The notes under the pieces are model-generated. The model saw nothing but the letters and a program-made list of their open reading frames with translations, searched no databases and was not told where the DNA came from. A DNA stretch of 64,000 nucleotides from Lingula anatina (Eukaryota > Animalia > Brachiopoda): the NCBI GenBank assembly GCA_051362555.1, contig CM120648.1, positions 15,496,587 through 15,560,586 of the forward strand, given 5' to 3'. Positions 40,737 to 55,090 of this stretch are shown here, one piece after another. Each line of letters opens with the position of its first letter. The first letter of the stretch is position 1. A program made the translations under genes and the position numbers.

Positions 40737-41692
40737 GGAACTATTGGTCCGAGTTTGACAACCTTCTAACAACCCTCCGGGGAGGGAGGGGGAAGGGTTC
40801 TGTGAAGGTCCCTTTGCGTTGGTTCCACTCATCATTACAGACTTATCGGGCCGGACAGCCTTAAAGTTAACCAGACACAAAACTGATGGCTAATTTAGGA
40901 GAGAAGAACACTAAAACCCCCTTTCTTTCCTTTCCTTTTCTCTCTCTCTCTCTCTTTCATTAATTCATAGCATATCTAACCCTTCATATATGAAGACCAA
41001 AGCGGGCTGGAGTAGTTTTTTTTGGCGTAGTTAATATCGCTTAAGAAAAATATATGAAGTAGAAACATTCACAATGCTGCCCATTCCTCAACTGTTCATT
41101 TACTCTAAATTCTGCTTGTGAACACAACTTCGGATATAAAAAATAAAAGTCATATTTAGGAACACATCCACAATTTTAGACACTTAACACTAGCGTGGTT
41201 CACCTAAGGCTTTGTAAATAGGAATTATTTTTTTGTAATAAGGAAACCAATTCACAAATGTATACTAAATTTTTACGTCAGTCATCGGTCATAATAAAGA
41301 ATACTTTGACGTACTTAAAGATTCTTTGAACATCAGATAATCGGCTTGGGATTACTTCACCAAATTTCCCCGTGGATCACTCAATGGCATAATCATATAG
41401 GAAAAAACATACTTCTTTTTTAAGTCATTTCCTTTGTATTAGACTCTAGTTTCATGTCTGTGGCGTCTTAATATCACTAATTTACCCTCACTATCACGGT
41501 ACCATGTTCATCCTAATGTCTGCCATGTTAATTCTACTCCTAAGGCGGGAGCAATGGCGGGGGGGGGGGGGGGGGGGGGGGTAGTACACCTCAAGTACAC
41601 TTCAGCTTCAGAAATCCCCTTTTCCGCTCATCCAAAAAAGAATAACAATTCAGAAAAGCGAAACCAAGCTATTCCCATCACTGTATTCCATA

Positions 41693-41960
41693 CAGGACAT
41701 TCAGAAATGATGATCCAAGGACTAACTGATCCGCCGACTAAATATGGCCGACACCACTTCAAAAAGCGATGCCCCCAATTCCCAGATGGTCTTCCTGCCT
41801 TCACACGCGCCGTCGTCGCAGGGTCTAGCAATTAAACCTTGGAGTCGTGATTTAATCCGTTTAATCGCGCGTGTGAAGTCGGGGAGACCATCAAAGTGGG
41901 GTCGGCCATATTTAATCTGCGGATCAGTTAGTTGGCGGATCATCTGTTCTGAATGCGGTC
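41693..41960. mobile_element. Foldback MITE family A-related copy with ~100-bp inverted arms
   Basis: CATTCAGAA-TGATGATCC..ACTAACTGATCCGC..TAAATATGGCCGAC..CACTT..GATGGTCT..CTTCACACGCGC on the left is mirrored by GCGCGTGTGAAG..AGACCATC.AAGTGGGGTCGGCCATATTTAA..GCGGATCAGTTAGT..GGATCATC.TTCTGAATG on the right. Opposite-strand ORF translations mirror each other (LTDPPTKYGRHHF / LTDPQIKYGRPHF). Confidence 0.8.
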
Positions 41961-42193
41961 TATATTATCGTACCACTGCACTCGATCGTCTTCTATACAA
42001 CATTTGCAAAAAAAAAAAAAAAGAAAAAAAAAATCCATCCACTCCCCCTCATAACAGCAGCTTGGGTTTAGATTCCTGTTGACGTCAGCTCTCCATCACC
42101 CTGCAGACGTTTTCTGTCAACCTGAGTTTGATATCACTGACCATGAGTCACCCCGAAATGGGATATTACCTATCCTATATAAACTAGCATCTT

Positions 42194-42446
42194 GGGTCCA
42201 GTTTCATCAACAGTGGATACCGCTATCCCATGGATAACAGCATCCTTTGGATAAAATTATTATCCTCTGGACAGTTATCCTGAGAGTAGCAACCTTATTT
42301 AACCACTGGAAAGCAATATAAGAGGCAAAAATAAGTATCTAGTTTTTAGTTAACACATCTTTACCCACAGGATTTGTCCAGACGTTAGCAATTTTATCCA
42401 AAGTGTGATATCCAGTGGATAGCGCTATTCATGATGAAACTTGCCC
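42194..42446. mobile_element. Harbinger-like MITE with internal TGGATA/TATCCA subrepeats
   Basis: Left gggtccagtttcatcaacagtggataccgctatcccatggata mirrors right tatccagtggatagcgctattcatgatgaaacttgccc. Confidence 0.7.
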
Positions 42447-43053
42447 TGTAGTTCAGTGGAACTAAACTAATCCAGATTTCCAGGGTGACATATCAATGTA
42501 ATCCAACACCCGAACATCTGATAAATTATTTTGCCGGAAAACAAACGTGCACCTGTGATTCTACTTAATTTCATCCTCCAAGGAACCGGTCTTTTAGGGA
42601 TTTAAAGCCAATGTGTTGTACTAAGATGTTTAAAAAGATTAGGGTTGCCTTTCTGGTAAAACTGATTATTTCTTTGATTAGCTTACGTGGGTTTGTTTAG
42701 TACAGTCGTTTCATCTTTACAGCTGTTTCAAAGAAAACTTTTCCGGATTTGCTTACGATTATACAAGTATGTTACGTTACATTACGTCAATATACACTTG
42801 GATACGTCAAGTACGCAGACTTTGCCTTCCGATAGTAGGCTATGCTTTCACAATGAAACGAAATAATAAAGATACCGTAAAACTACATTTGTTTTCTTCA
42901 GTTTAGTTGCTTAAAGATTTTTGTGCTTTCAATATTACCGCCAGAAATTCTTGATACGTCACAAACCACAGTATGACGTCATAGATCGCTAAAATAATAT
43001 GTGATTATTAATAGGGTCATCAATGTGCAAGACAATATTGAAACTTGCTGGAG

Positions 43054-43054
<1 letters not shown>

Positions 43055-43099
<45 letters not shown>
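43055..43099. repeat. (CA)n microsatellite
   Basis: Direct observation. Confidence 0.95.
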
Positions 43100-43100
<1 letters not shown>

Positions 43101-43838
43101 AATAGTTAATACATTAGTAAGTGGTTACTTAATAAATTGATAAATAAATAAATGATTTACGAGACGTCTAATTCTCGCACGCTGCCTTAATCATGTTTTT
43201 TTCAGATTGAATTTTTCCATTCTTGACTTTTGCATAAGAAAAGCTTATCTGCCGTATAAAGAGATATCCTAGACATGCTTTTCGTGTCACCTTCCAGGCA
43301 ATTACAAAGCACAACATGCATTTACCATTAAAATTGCGTGTACCCGATATTTGACGGCTTTTGCTAAGCGATGTCTTTGTTAGAAAACCCCCAGAGCCGC
43401 CGCATTCAATTACCGTAGATTACGATATAATGTATAATCCGGATGTCGCACGGCTGTTTTGGTTGAGTGAGCCACAAAAGCGGAGAAATGGTGTGGAACT
43501 CACATTTATATTCAGCGGCAGCAATGTGAAACTGCCGCTGACAATTAGATTTGGCTCAACCAGAGCCTAAACGTTTTAGTTCCAACTGTCGGATCGTAGA
43601 TTTTAAAAGGGGGGAGTCGTCCCTAGATGAAATATGTTTTTCTTTCTTTTGCTCACGAAATATGCAATAATAGCCAGGATTCTTATACTTAAAATAATAT
43701 AATAATTATAAAATAATAATAGTTTGTAGTGCAAAAAAATTGTAGAGGAAAACAGAAGAGGGGAACAACAGAATTAAAACTGAACAAGACGACACTGAAA
43801 AATAATAAAATGTTAAAAATTGTGGCATTTTGTTGTAA

Positions 43839-43975
43839 GAGTTCATTCAGCACAGATACGCGGAAATCCCGCAGGAAATCTATTCAGTATCTAATCCAGA
43901 ATTAAGCGGCAAGCTTTTTAATGGGTCGCCATATTTGATCTACGGATATGTTAGTCCACTGTTTTGAATGTGCTC
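43839..43975. mobile_element. Foldback MITE family A copy with a deleted left arm
   Basis: taa|GAGTTCATTCAGCACAG ... CTGTTTTGAATGTGCTC|tta. The core (aatctattcagt...ggcaagct...tgggtcgccatatttgatc) aligns with 56863-56945. Confidence 0.78.
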
Positions 43976-45348
43976 TTAGATATTTCAGTGAGTCGACTTT
44001 TAGTTTCTTGCGAATGTTGCATTTTGACTTAGATGTTCATCAATTCGAATTTGACCTTTTCCTTGTTCAAGGTACCTTGCAATGCATCGCCAAAGAGTCA
44101 ATTTGTGCATTAAGCAATCCTGACATTTTCTGCGTCTTTCAACCTTTTTTTTTTGCCTTCGATTTAATTCGCCACGAATATTCTGCTATTACCGTTTCTT
44201 ATACAGTTAGCAATGTCCAAAAGCTTTGAAAAACGCCTGGGAATGGAATTACTGATGCGGATTCTGTTTATACGATGATCCTAATTCCACGGGATAAGTC
44301 GGCGTTAGAAAGCAGTTGGAAAAACTGTTTGATTGGAAAAAATGAATTTTCTTTTGAGCTCACACACAGGAGCACAGGAGCACGCTAACTCACAGACATT
44401 TACTGGCTCACACGAATACAACAGTCACAAATCCACGAATCTTAATCCTTCCATCCTCTTCACACAAATACATGCGTCAGGGACTTAGAATTAGTTTTAT
44501 AATTGGCATCACGAAGAATTACTTTTCCCGCCTGCTTCCGTAATGGAATTTTATATAATATTCCTTCGTGGTCTTACCCATGCAGGGCGGTCTATTGGAT
44601 ATTGCCCCGAAATCCTATGGGGTTCTATATGGGACAATGTCCTATAGCTACATTAGAATTTTACAGAAAGTCCGATATAGGATTCTTACACGGTCCTGGG
44701 GTGTTTCTTTAGTCCCAAGAGCCTTTCCCCTATTTAAGACGTCCTATATAGAATTTTCCTACGAGTTATTATATTCTGAATGTACTGATCAATGTACTGG
44801 TAAACTGGATGTGACGGTAGCACCCCCCCCCCCCACACTTATACACTGTACATGTGTGAGCACATGATTAAATGCCCCCAAAGCATGTGCACCGTAATAA
44901 ATAAATATGCTGCTATACCATTCAACAACGTCAGCTTGTTTTATTGCTTGAAAGTCAAAGTCTCTCACTTGGGATTTCACATTAAGTAACCCCTGTGCTC
45001 GTTAAGTGTTTTTTCGAAGGTAAAATTAACTTTAGTAAAGACGCTTCGCTAAGTATCTCTGATTGACATTTTCTTTCACTCAGAAACACAAATACGTGGG
45101 CGTTTTCATAATTGAATCTTGCAAGCATCTTGTTCATAAACGAATGTACATAAACGTGTTAAACGCATTTCATTATCTTTTTACGGCACTTCTTGAAGTG
45201 ATATTTATGTCAAAAATAGTACACATATTTGGTGTGGTGTTTTACCAGCCTTTGCACTGCGATTATTTCTGTTTTTTTTTTTTTTTTTGCGGAAAGCCTT
45301 CTCGGGGAATTTGCATTTTTTCGTCGTTACGTTCTCCTTTCTCTTTAT

Positions 45349-45385
45349 CTCTCTCTCTCCCTCTCCCTCCCTTCCTCCTTCCTTC

Positions 45386-45436
<51 letters not shown>

Positions 45437-45447
45437 CATCTCTCTCT
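45349..45447. repeat. (CT)n pyrimidine tract
   Basis: Direct observation. Confidence 0.93.
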
Positions 45448-47089
45448 GTCTGCTGTTTGGCAGTCCTTCCCTCTGTTGACCCTTCCCGTAGATGATATGT
45501 TTTTCTATACAGCAAAATATTAAAAATTCGATATGCGCGGGAGATATAGCAGAAAGGCACCAGAGTGATAACAAAATGAAGGACTGGCAGTGATAATGCA
45601 ATAAACACGTGTATTGAAGTGGTGTACTAGTATGGGAAAACAACTCTGCTCTTGTACACAATGCACATGGTCAGATTGCCGTGCTGCTGTGAGCGAAATG
45701 TAACAACAACAACAACAACAACAACTGCTACTACAGCTGTACTACTTCTACTACTACTGCTATACTGGTACGGTTGTCATTTGTTTGTTACCCGTCTTTG
45801 GTGATTTGGTTATTTGATTCTGTTTATAAATGTATAGCTTTTTGTAAGGTTTGATAGTAAAGTTATCCTGAAAATTATCTCGTGTCACACACACAAACAC
45901 ACACACACACACACATACAGAGAGAGAGAGAGAGAGGGAGGTTGTGGTAGAAAATTCGAACAGTACACTATATTAGGGTGTTCCCTTTTTAGCATCTTTT
46001 TAGATAAGTTATCTTTCACTGCATGAATCGATCCGATTCTGCACTTCAACGATGTTTCATTTTCCGATACTGCAATTGCCAATTTACATGTAGCTTTACC
46101 CCAAAGACGTCCAGTAGCATGTGTGGGCTCCGTAAGTTGTTTGGGCCTAGTGGGAGAAAAGTTCAGACAAATGTCGCCACAGAACAGACGAACTTTCACT
46201 AACAGACGCCAAAACTCATACCTTTGTCGTTAAGATGCTTATTCCTTGGAGGACCAAAGCCATAGAACAATCTTGTTTCAGAGTGGCTTTGGTATATCAC
46301 CATTAACAAACTCTTATCAGTTCTTCCGGTTTCTGTTGAACACACTAGCATTCCTGCGCGGCGAAACAGCAGTGATCGATTCCTTATTTCACGAAGAGTA
46401 TCCATCGGGCTTTTTCATCAATCAAACAATGTATCTTCCCATTAAACGCAAGCAAAGTCTTATCACATGCTACATAATCTATTTTAACTTTAATTTCCAG
46501 TGCCGTACATCAAATTGTGGTAACATTTCTAAAAGAACACAAAATGATAATTTACGCTATTCGAACAGTATTTCATAAATCTGGTTTGATATATCAGTCA
46601 AATAAGCCGTTCGGTTGGTCAATTTCATTTCAAATGACGAATGAATTCTCAAAAAGCAACGGCGTAATCGGCGATTGGTATTTTGTTTGGTAAACTGAAG
46701 CAAAAGTACAAGGTTGACGTTCCTTTTTTAATTTTAAAAGTATGTTTCATCTGATTGACAAAAAATGGATTTCCAGGTGGGATCGTTAACAATGAAAATA
46801 TTCGACCAAGCTAATGCTCGCCAACTCTGCGGGGAGTCTGGCCGAATACAATCAGATCAACAGACTAACGTGTCTCCTGGTATTACATATGGCTTGAATA
46901 CAATACAAAGAAGCTGGTGATTTTCCGAGTATGTTGGAATGAAAATTCATTGTGTACGATCTCTTAATGTAATGGTGGGCTCATGGGGAGACGGTCAAGT
47001 GCCCTCAGCTTTTTACATTTAGATATACATGTACCTGTACCCATTTTCTTCACTCCCCCATCCATCGCTACCTCCCCCCCCAAAAAAAA

Positions 47090-47108
47090 AATAAATAAAC
47101 AGTAATAA

Positions 47109-47142
<34 letters not shown>
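47090..47142. repeat. (AAAT)n microsatellite
   Basis: Direct observation. Confidence 0.9.
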
Positions 47143-47143
<1 letters not shown>

Positions 47144-50100
47144 CACGAGCGATACAAGTCATAGCATAAAATTTCCCGGCTGTTATCTTCAGTTGTATAT
47201 TTGCAGAGAGAAGCAAAGAAAAAACTTTGCAAACGTTGATATGCATATGTCCTGCTCTGATATAATATAATCAATAGAAAAAAAAAAGATACAAATGAAC
47301 CAAACCAACTTTATGGGCGTTTTGACAGGCAGTGCTTTAACAAACCAAAATGAGGAATTGCCCAACGGTCAACACGCTAACAGTTTCGATATTAACGCAC
47401 ATGTTGTTTTCTGAAAAAAAGGTGCGCACAACGTTTTAATTGTTGTTGGCACTGCATAGCAGTCAATTTGTGATCATGATCTGAAATATCAGTAAATTGT
47501 GTTCCAATAAAGAACGTATAACCGGGTACGTACGTCATGACTTGACGTGGGTAATACATTTACTAATATATGACGGGGGAGCTAAAAAGATGTGGTGATT
47601 TCCACTAACGATTCCTATGAAAATAGAGGGGATAGAATATTTCCATGGTCTTCAATTAAGTAAACACTACGTATGTCATTAGCAACGTTCTCATAAACAG
47701 ACAAGTATTAGACTTAAGTAACAACGCGACCTATGGTATTTATTATATGGTGTTTTACTTTCTAGAACGTGTAAATTACATTAATTTTGTCGCCGAGTTA
47801 TTGGTGTTATTTAGACCCTCTACTACGTCATACTCGGATTAAGACCGACGTAGGTTTCAAATATGCTTGCGTCTGTCGTAATCCAGTGTCGTAAATGAAG
47901 GTGAAGTACCCTCGGACGTGTGCGGAGACCAATTTCAAATGACAGTGGCGGTATAGTGACCGTTATAGACTTGCTAAATAACTCAAACTAGGTTTCACAC
48001 CAGGGCACTTAGACATATGTATTACCCCGATATCTGTAAATATGGTTACAAGTAATATGAAAAACAATTCATATAAAACCAATAAAAACATTTTGAAGAC
48101 ACAATAAGGCGTTAATGTAAGAAACACTTATGCCGTTTGTGAGATGGAACAAAATGGACATGTACAAGCACGAAAAAATGTTGACCTTTTTCATAATGAC
48201 TCCGCCGAGTAATTTCTCTTGTCGAGTAATTTCTATGGCGTTTTGCACTATTTGACAAGTAACGGCAGAATCAACACGTTTGTGAAAACTCAATTAACTT
48301 CAATTAGCGTTGTCGATGCAGAATGTTTAAAACCAAACACCATATCTTTTGCACTGGTACACAAAGTTACACCTGGAACAAAATGACTAGAAGGCGACGA
48401 GATTGTTCAAACACCAGGCATGGGTAAGAAATGCCGTATATAGAGATGTAAATATATAATAAACTTTCACAATGGATGTGTTGATACACCTTGTCATTGC
48501 TTCAGTCAATAAATACTGGAAAAACAATTCATACTGGGTATTGTATTGCAGGAGATTGTATGATCTACGTCCTGCCATCTATCTGACAAACACTTCTTAA
48601 TGTCACAGTCGACAATAGATGTCCAACGGGGACAGGCCATGGCGGTAACGATAATTAAAAACTTGTAAGACAACGAATAAGTGGACACAACAACTGATAT
48701 GTGAAAACTTACCATTAATGACATCAGGGCTACTTAAAGAGCTTGTTTTTGCTGAACCGTCTTCTTCAACCTGAAGTTTTTAATGAACGGCGCGCAGTTC
48801 CTGGCTTAGAGTCTGCGTTTAGAGCCGTTCTGAATGTAGTTTCCCCTCGGAATTAATCTAGAAAAGAGAGATTATGTCCTTAATTGCTCTGCCTTAACAA
48901 TATGAAGGAAAACCCTTGATTCTATCGATTTCGCAAAAAAAGAACTCTTCTATATCCTCGACATGTCATCTCCGTCGCTCAGAGGCTCTCTGGCCGGAGG
49001 CGTTTCCAGAGAAGAGTTTTAAGTAGCGTGTGGCGTTTTTCTGTTGGTTGGTTCTATGGAAACGCAGCACAGGTTGAGCGCACACTGCAGTACACGGAGC
49101 CGGCGCAGTAATGAATCTGCGTTGAGGGAAAATGATGCACTCGCCTCGGGAGATTTTTTTTCAGATTGATGTCACTAGATTTGGGGATGGCCCTCACTTT
49201 CTAAGGTGAAATTCCTCGTCATACGTCAACCTTTTGCTTTAGGCATATTTGTAGACTAGTAATGTTCAAGATAGGATTAATTTCCCGCCGCATTGAAATA
49301 AATGGTACTTATTACCCCATTCTCTCCCCCTCCAGCCTCCTCCTTGTCTCTCTCTCTCTCTACTCAGTAAGGTAAATGATCTTATATACTGCACGTAACG
49401 ATCCAAATACTACTTTTAAAGACAGCGTCTTTTATTAATAACTACAGGGTAAAACTGAAACAACCTCTGTCGCAGCTGGCAAATTAATCTTTTCCAAACA
49501 ATGTCTTTCTTGGAAAACGCTTTTAGTGCGTTGGGTTGCATATACTCGGCACAAGAGATTAACTTACTTCGCACAGGTGATAGAAGCATTATACTATGAA
49601 TGTTTAAATGGTAAGTGTTACTTTCACATCTGAGGCACTTATCTTTTAAAGCGGACCGCCTCGCGGTGGCAAAGCTGCTCTTTCCCAGACGATTGAAATG
49701 TTACAGCATGGAAATTATATCGAACGCTACTTTTATGCTATTAAAACCTTGATTTCCTGATCACTGAATGTGATTATATGGAATACACTCACCGTCACCG
49801 TTAGTGAAGTTTACATGGCAGAAAAAGTATCATAGTAGGTATCTTGAAAGCCAGGTGTTAGAGGCCAATGAAAGACATACACTGGATAGAAGAACATTCC
49901 TCGTTGGTGCTATAAAACTCGGGGAGTCGCTTGGGTGATAACGGCCACAAACATTGTCAAAGATGCCACATACATTAGGTGTCAGTGGTTTTGCTAGAGT
50001 ATGATGTCAAATAAATATATTTAGTTGTCTTAAGTTATCACGTTTTAATGGAAAGCATCTTTCTTTTTTGTACTGGTCTATCAAGTGGTCGCCTTACAAG

Positions 50101-52177
50101 GTGTTATGAATGGAGACACCGCAGTAGACTTCTATACCTACTGTAAATGCATGCATGCAATCCTTTTTTATCCAGGACATGGGCAACAATGTTTCCTAAA
50201 TAAATTATAAAAATGGGTAGTAGTATATACTTACTTGTAATAACACGCTTGTTCTAACCACAGAAAATCTTTTGATTTGTATCTTTTTATAAATGGTATC
50301 CACTCCATCAGCGTTCACAATTAGTATTTTTTCTATACGGGTAAGTCAGCTATTCACTACTTTCCCTAACAATCATATTTCTGAGATCAGTTTGGGTCTC
50401 TTACGGACATATTCCAGCTATCGGGAAGTCGGCGGATTCAATTTTTGTCCCTTCTAGCTGCTACATGTAAGAACAAAATTGAAAAAAAAAGAACACTGTG
50501 ATTCCAAGACAAAATCTCAGAAAGTCAGAGAAGTTATATAACCCATGCCACTAACTACGGCTGCAAGAACACTGGAACAATATAATGAATAACATCAACC
50601 AAATTTAGATCTCCACTGACACGGAAAACCACTTATAGAATCTTATTCACATTAAGCCATAGTTATTGCAATCATCTTCCAGAAAATTGATATTTTAAGG
50701 GTCGCGTATAAATCAAAATGCCTCCGTGCGTTCCATGATGAGAGGTAACTGTAGTTAAACAATGGCTGTAGGAGACGTTAAAAAGTACAGAGGCAGGGCG
50801 CAGTGCTTTAAACGCGCGACATCTACCGTTAATTAAGCAATTACATCACTTTCGTGTCTCAATTAACTTCCAATTTTCATCTCCGTTCGTTTTAACTGTA
50901 GCACAACTTTTATGGTGCCAATATTACCGTCTTTACTGCATGCCATCTGTCACTTTCTGATTTGAGCAAGGATTAGGCGTGATTCATTTTAAAACAAAAA
51001 TTAATGATTAGACCTTACATTACTTAAAACGTACACTCTAAAACATCGTTGTTTGTTGACTTACTTGAAAATTAAATTAAGACATGAATGCAAAGGGTTT
51101 CGTTTTGACGCCATTTGTTTTAAGATTCTTATAACAAAGTATGGATAACGTCAACAGTAATAGTATCACTGCTGTGTAGACCCGCTCCTGTTACTACACA
51201 TTTCCCTAAGTTGTTTGACTTGGCTAAGCCTGCAAGACGAAAATGCTCTGTAACACTTTGACTTTGCATAATCGGCCTTAGGAAGTTCGCAAACAACTGG
51301 TCCACGAGTTGCCTTACCTTCATAAACTACTGCCAGTAATGAAAGCGATTTAGTTTTTTAAAGTGACAATGAGACATTGCTCAAGATTGACAATGAAACG
51401 CAGCAGACTTTACAATGACTGACTTCGAATAGAAGTTTGGAGTTTCTCAGTCTTTCACAAAATGGGTTAGATACTGGTGAATTCAGTTCATTTAGATCTA
51501 AGAAATGTACTTAAAATCGTTACTTCCTGTACGATTCCGGATAGGTTATACCCATAGAGAACATTTCTGGAAATTTCAGGAAATCTAAAGTGTATAGTAT
51601 CTCTTAAGTGATAGTTGTAATTTTACTAAACCAAACAGGGGAACCTTTGGCAACCATTGGATCTCTCTTTAGAACGGGATACTATACGATGAACAGATAG
51701 TGAAAATTCAATAAATGAATACGCGGGTGGCCTGTTGTGTTTGTCGATAACAATTTTAATTAGAACAGCACGGTACTACATATTCGACTACGGTGTAAAT
51801 ACAACTCACGGCGGTTTCCCCTGGAGTCAATTGATATTCAGAAGGGTTTTGACATGAACTTGGCCTGTGCAAAGCAGTTTTAAAGATAAAGCACTTCATT
51901 CTTAATCGAGAGCGCTCACGTCCAAGTACATCACAGGTCAAATATGCGTATCCAATCTGAAAGTTTTCTGATGCCTTAAATTGCTTCGCTTTTCGTATAA
52001 AAGCTCAAGATATACATGTACATGCCTGCTGGAACTCATATGAAGTATACGTTAGGGTGTTTCATTTTAGAATAGCATGAAAAATCACAATGACTTAAAG
52101 ACGTCTGTCATAAGTGATGAACATAATATTAAAGCAAACATTAATCACGCCATATGTAAGACCCCATTCTCACAGAT

Positions 52178-52358
52178 TTTAGATCGATCTAATCCTGTGG
52201 GGAGTCTCACTAGATTACTGTCAGCTTAGCCGGCTTAAGCGTCTGTCCCGCCCACTAAAAGCTGTAAGGGGGTAATTAACTGTCGTTGCACGCTCGGCTG
52301 ACTGCAATTTAGCGTGAACCCCCAGGGAGTTAGGTCGATCTAGATGGATCGATCTAAA
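52178..52358. mobile_element. Degenerate foldback element
   Basis: Left tttagatcgatctaatcctgtgggg...ctagattactgtcagc versus the reverse complement of the right arm tagatcgacctaactccctgggg..ctaaattgcagtcagc. The right end has a duplicated gatcgatcta. Confidence 0.55.
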
Positions 52359-53764
52359 GCTCTGGGAATGCACTCTTAAGACTGCAAGGGAATCGTCGAA
52401 TTATATGGCGGTATATATTACAAGATGCTTTAGTGATAGAAAACACCTGATATGCATAATCTAAGGAGACTTTGGTTACCAAACTAATCGAATTCAGTCT
52501 TACCGTGTATTTTTTGCAATGTTGCATGTGTACTTGATGAAAGTGTGTATAATAGATAGTTTGTGTACTTATGCCAAAAGCATACAAGACGCTTATTCTT
52601 GCTCAAAGCTCGTGTTGACAGTACAACCACAAGTTGACAAGGCACATTTCATTGTTAATGAATTATGTTCGGGACAAATTGCAGCAAATGGAATCACTTG
52701 ATGGAATAATGGTTTACTTGATCACAATATCTTGCATCTTGACTTATTTCCACGTAAATCAGCAATGTTTATTGGATACAGGGACAATTTTAAATGACAC
52801 GATATCTTGTTGTTGAATACAGCTTCTATTTGCAGAATTCACACTTTCGGTGAACAGGCTAATAATACGAACCGTTCACTCAATTATTACGATTATCGAA
52901 GTGAATATTTTAAATATTGATCCAATTCAAACAAGGATTTGCATTTCTATTCATCCTGGGGTTTGATTTAAGCAAGTGCACGTGGAGTTAAACTACACAT
53001 GTTCCTGCAGCCTCGTTTATTTAAGCGCGGAAATACGAGACACTAACGCCGACAAACGCGACAGTGTAACTGACAAAAACACCGCTCCGCCAAACGATAA
53101 CTTAGAGTAAAAAACAAATGCTTGGCGCCAACGTGTTGCACAGTGTGGGGTACCTTTTGCATTTTACCAGCTGTTTGTATCTTTGAGAATTAAGTTCAGT
53201 TCATCTGGCTAATTTTTCCTTTTGCAAAGATTGATAATACCTCATGCAGGCTAACAGGTTTTCTTTTCCGCTTTTTAGATTTTAATGAATGTCAGCCATC
53301 TTAATTGCACGGAATCCGTGATGCTATTTTCCGTATAGTGAGATTACGGCTGTAACAAGATAAGCCACCGAAATGTCGATAGGTTACTAATCTTACCCCT
53401 TAGATCAGAAGTGCAATGAAAACGTCACTCTGCGATGTTTTAATTATTTCATATCATATCATACGTTCGCGGAAACACGGAAAAGTATTTAAAGATCGTA
53501 TTTCTTCCCCGAAAGTGGTAAATGCAAAAAACGTGTACATAAATTCGAAACTCGAAAAGGAATACCAAGTAAGAAAACAAACAGTCTTTAGAGAGGAAGG
53601 CCTTTTTTTGTAGGACGATTATGATGGTTTTTCTAATTATAAATTTATCTAATCTGATTTCGAATGATTTAGGCATTTCGGTAGCTTTTGTCTTCTAAAG
53701 TACATGTATATTTATTACTATAATTTTAAGTATTCTATATTTACACTTATTATCATTACTTTAC

Positions 53765-53802
<38 letters not shown>
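53765..53802. repeat. (TTA)n microsatellite
   Basis: Direct observation. Confidence 0.93.
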
Positions 53803-53805
<3 letters not shown>

Positions 53806-55043
53806 CATTAAAAAAACGTACATTTTGTCAGTGATATAAGTAAACATAATTGAGCAACTAAAGAAGAACCTATCCAGGTTTGTCCAGAAGACTGAACTGT
53901 TAGTTCATCATTGTGTTGCAGGGGAGGCACGGCAAATAAGTGGTTGTCCCTTAAAGACGCATTGAAATGTTTGGCATAAAATCCGACCAATTACCACTAC
54001 ATAGTTTCAAATAGCTTGATTTAGAAAAAATAGGGCACCATTTCATTTTAGGCGAAAAATGATGTTTGAACAGGCTTTCGGCAAACCGGAAGGACGGATA
54101 AGTAGGTAAATTTACGACCAGAAGAAAGTGTTAAATATCCTATATGGTTGATTGAGTAATTAATTTGGTTTTTGCCTTGACATGTTGCTTTTATTTAAAT
54201 CGTATAAGAATTCGCTAGAAGTGGTTTACCGGTTGGTGCGTATTAGGGGATCAAATCAACACTTGCTCCATCCTTCTGTACCCTTTTTGCCCCCAACCCC
54301 TTAAACCTTAATACCTGAAACAGCGCGAAATTCGTAAAATAAAAATGTTGGTCTAATACATTTTAACTGTCCACACGGTCTCTTTATACAGATTTAACCT
54401 TCTGTTAAGAGCGCTAATTACTCCCAATGGCATTCCCAATAGTCCAGTGACGATAAAATCCTTGCACTTCCCAGTTTCCTTTCTTTCAGATGATTTATGA
54501 GAAATCTGGTCAAGTGTAGAACCGATAGACCAGCGGTAATTGAAACCTTTCTAATGGACCGAGATTGGATATTGTTATACAGGGGTTTGCCATTTATATA
54601 TCTACCTCGGTGTCTTGTACTTGGACTGTATTTGGTTATCTTGTGTTATTTTGTGACATAAAAGGCCTGCTTTATGGGAAAAAGAAATGAAAGAGAGTTT
54701 TGGGTCAAGCCGGGGGGGGGGGGGGGGGGGGGGGTTGATAGATGGCCAGACTGAACAAACGCAAAAAGACATGTTTGCCCCTAACCCTCGAAAAATAAAT
54801 AAATTCATTTATGCTTACTCTTAGATCCTAATGTTCATAGTTTTTCTACATGATAAAAAGTGAAGGATATTGCCCATTTCTATAGTTAAGGATACGGATA
54901 TGTACCAGACTGATGTTGACTACACTGTATTCACAAGACAATCACTACCTTCAATAAAAATACTTGATAAGAAGTGTTTACGCTCAATCAGCTAAAGTAC
55001 ATATTTTAGTGTTCTGTGAAGTTATTGAAAATGGGATATCTGA

Positions 55044-55090
<47 letters not shown>
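55044..55090. repeat. (ACT)n microsatellite
   Basis: Direct observation. Confidence 0.95.

Noticed and set aside
41554-42082. Opposite-strand ORFs with similar peptides
   Set aside because: The similarity results from the DNA inverted repeat, not from a gene pair.
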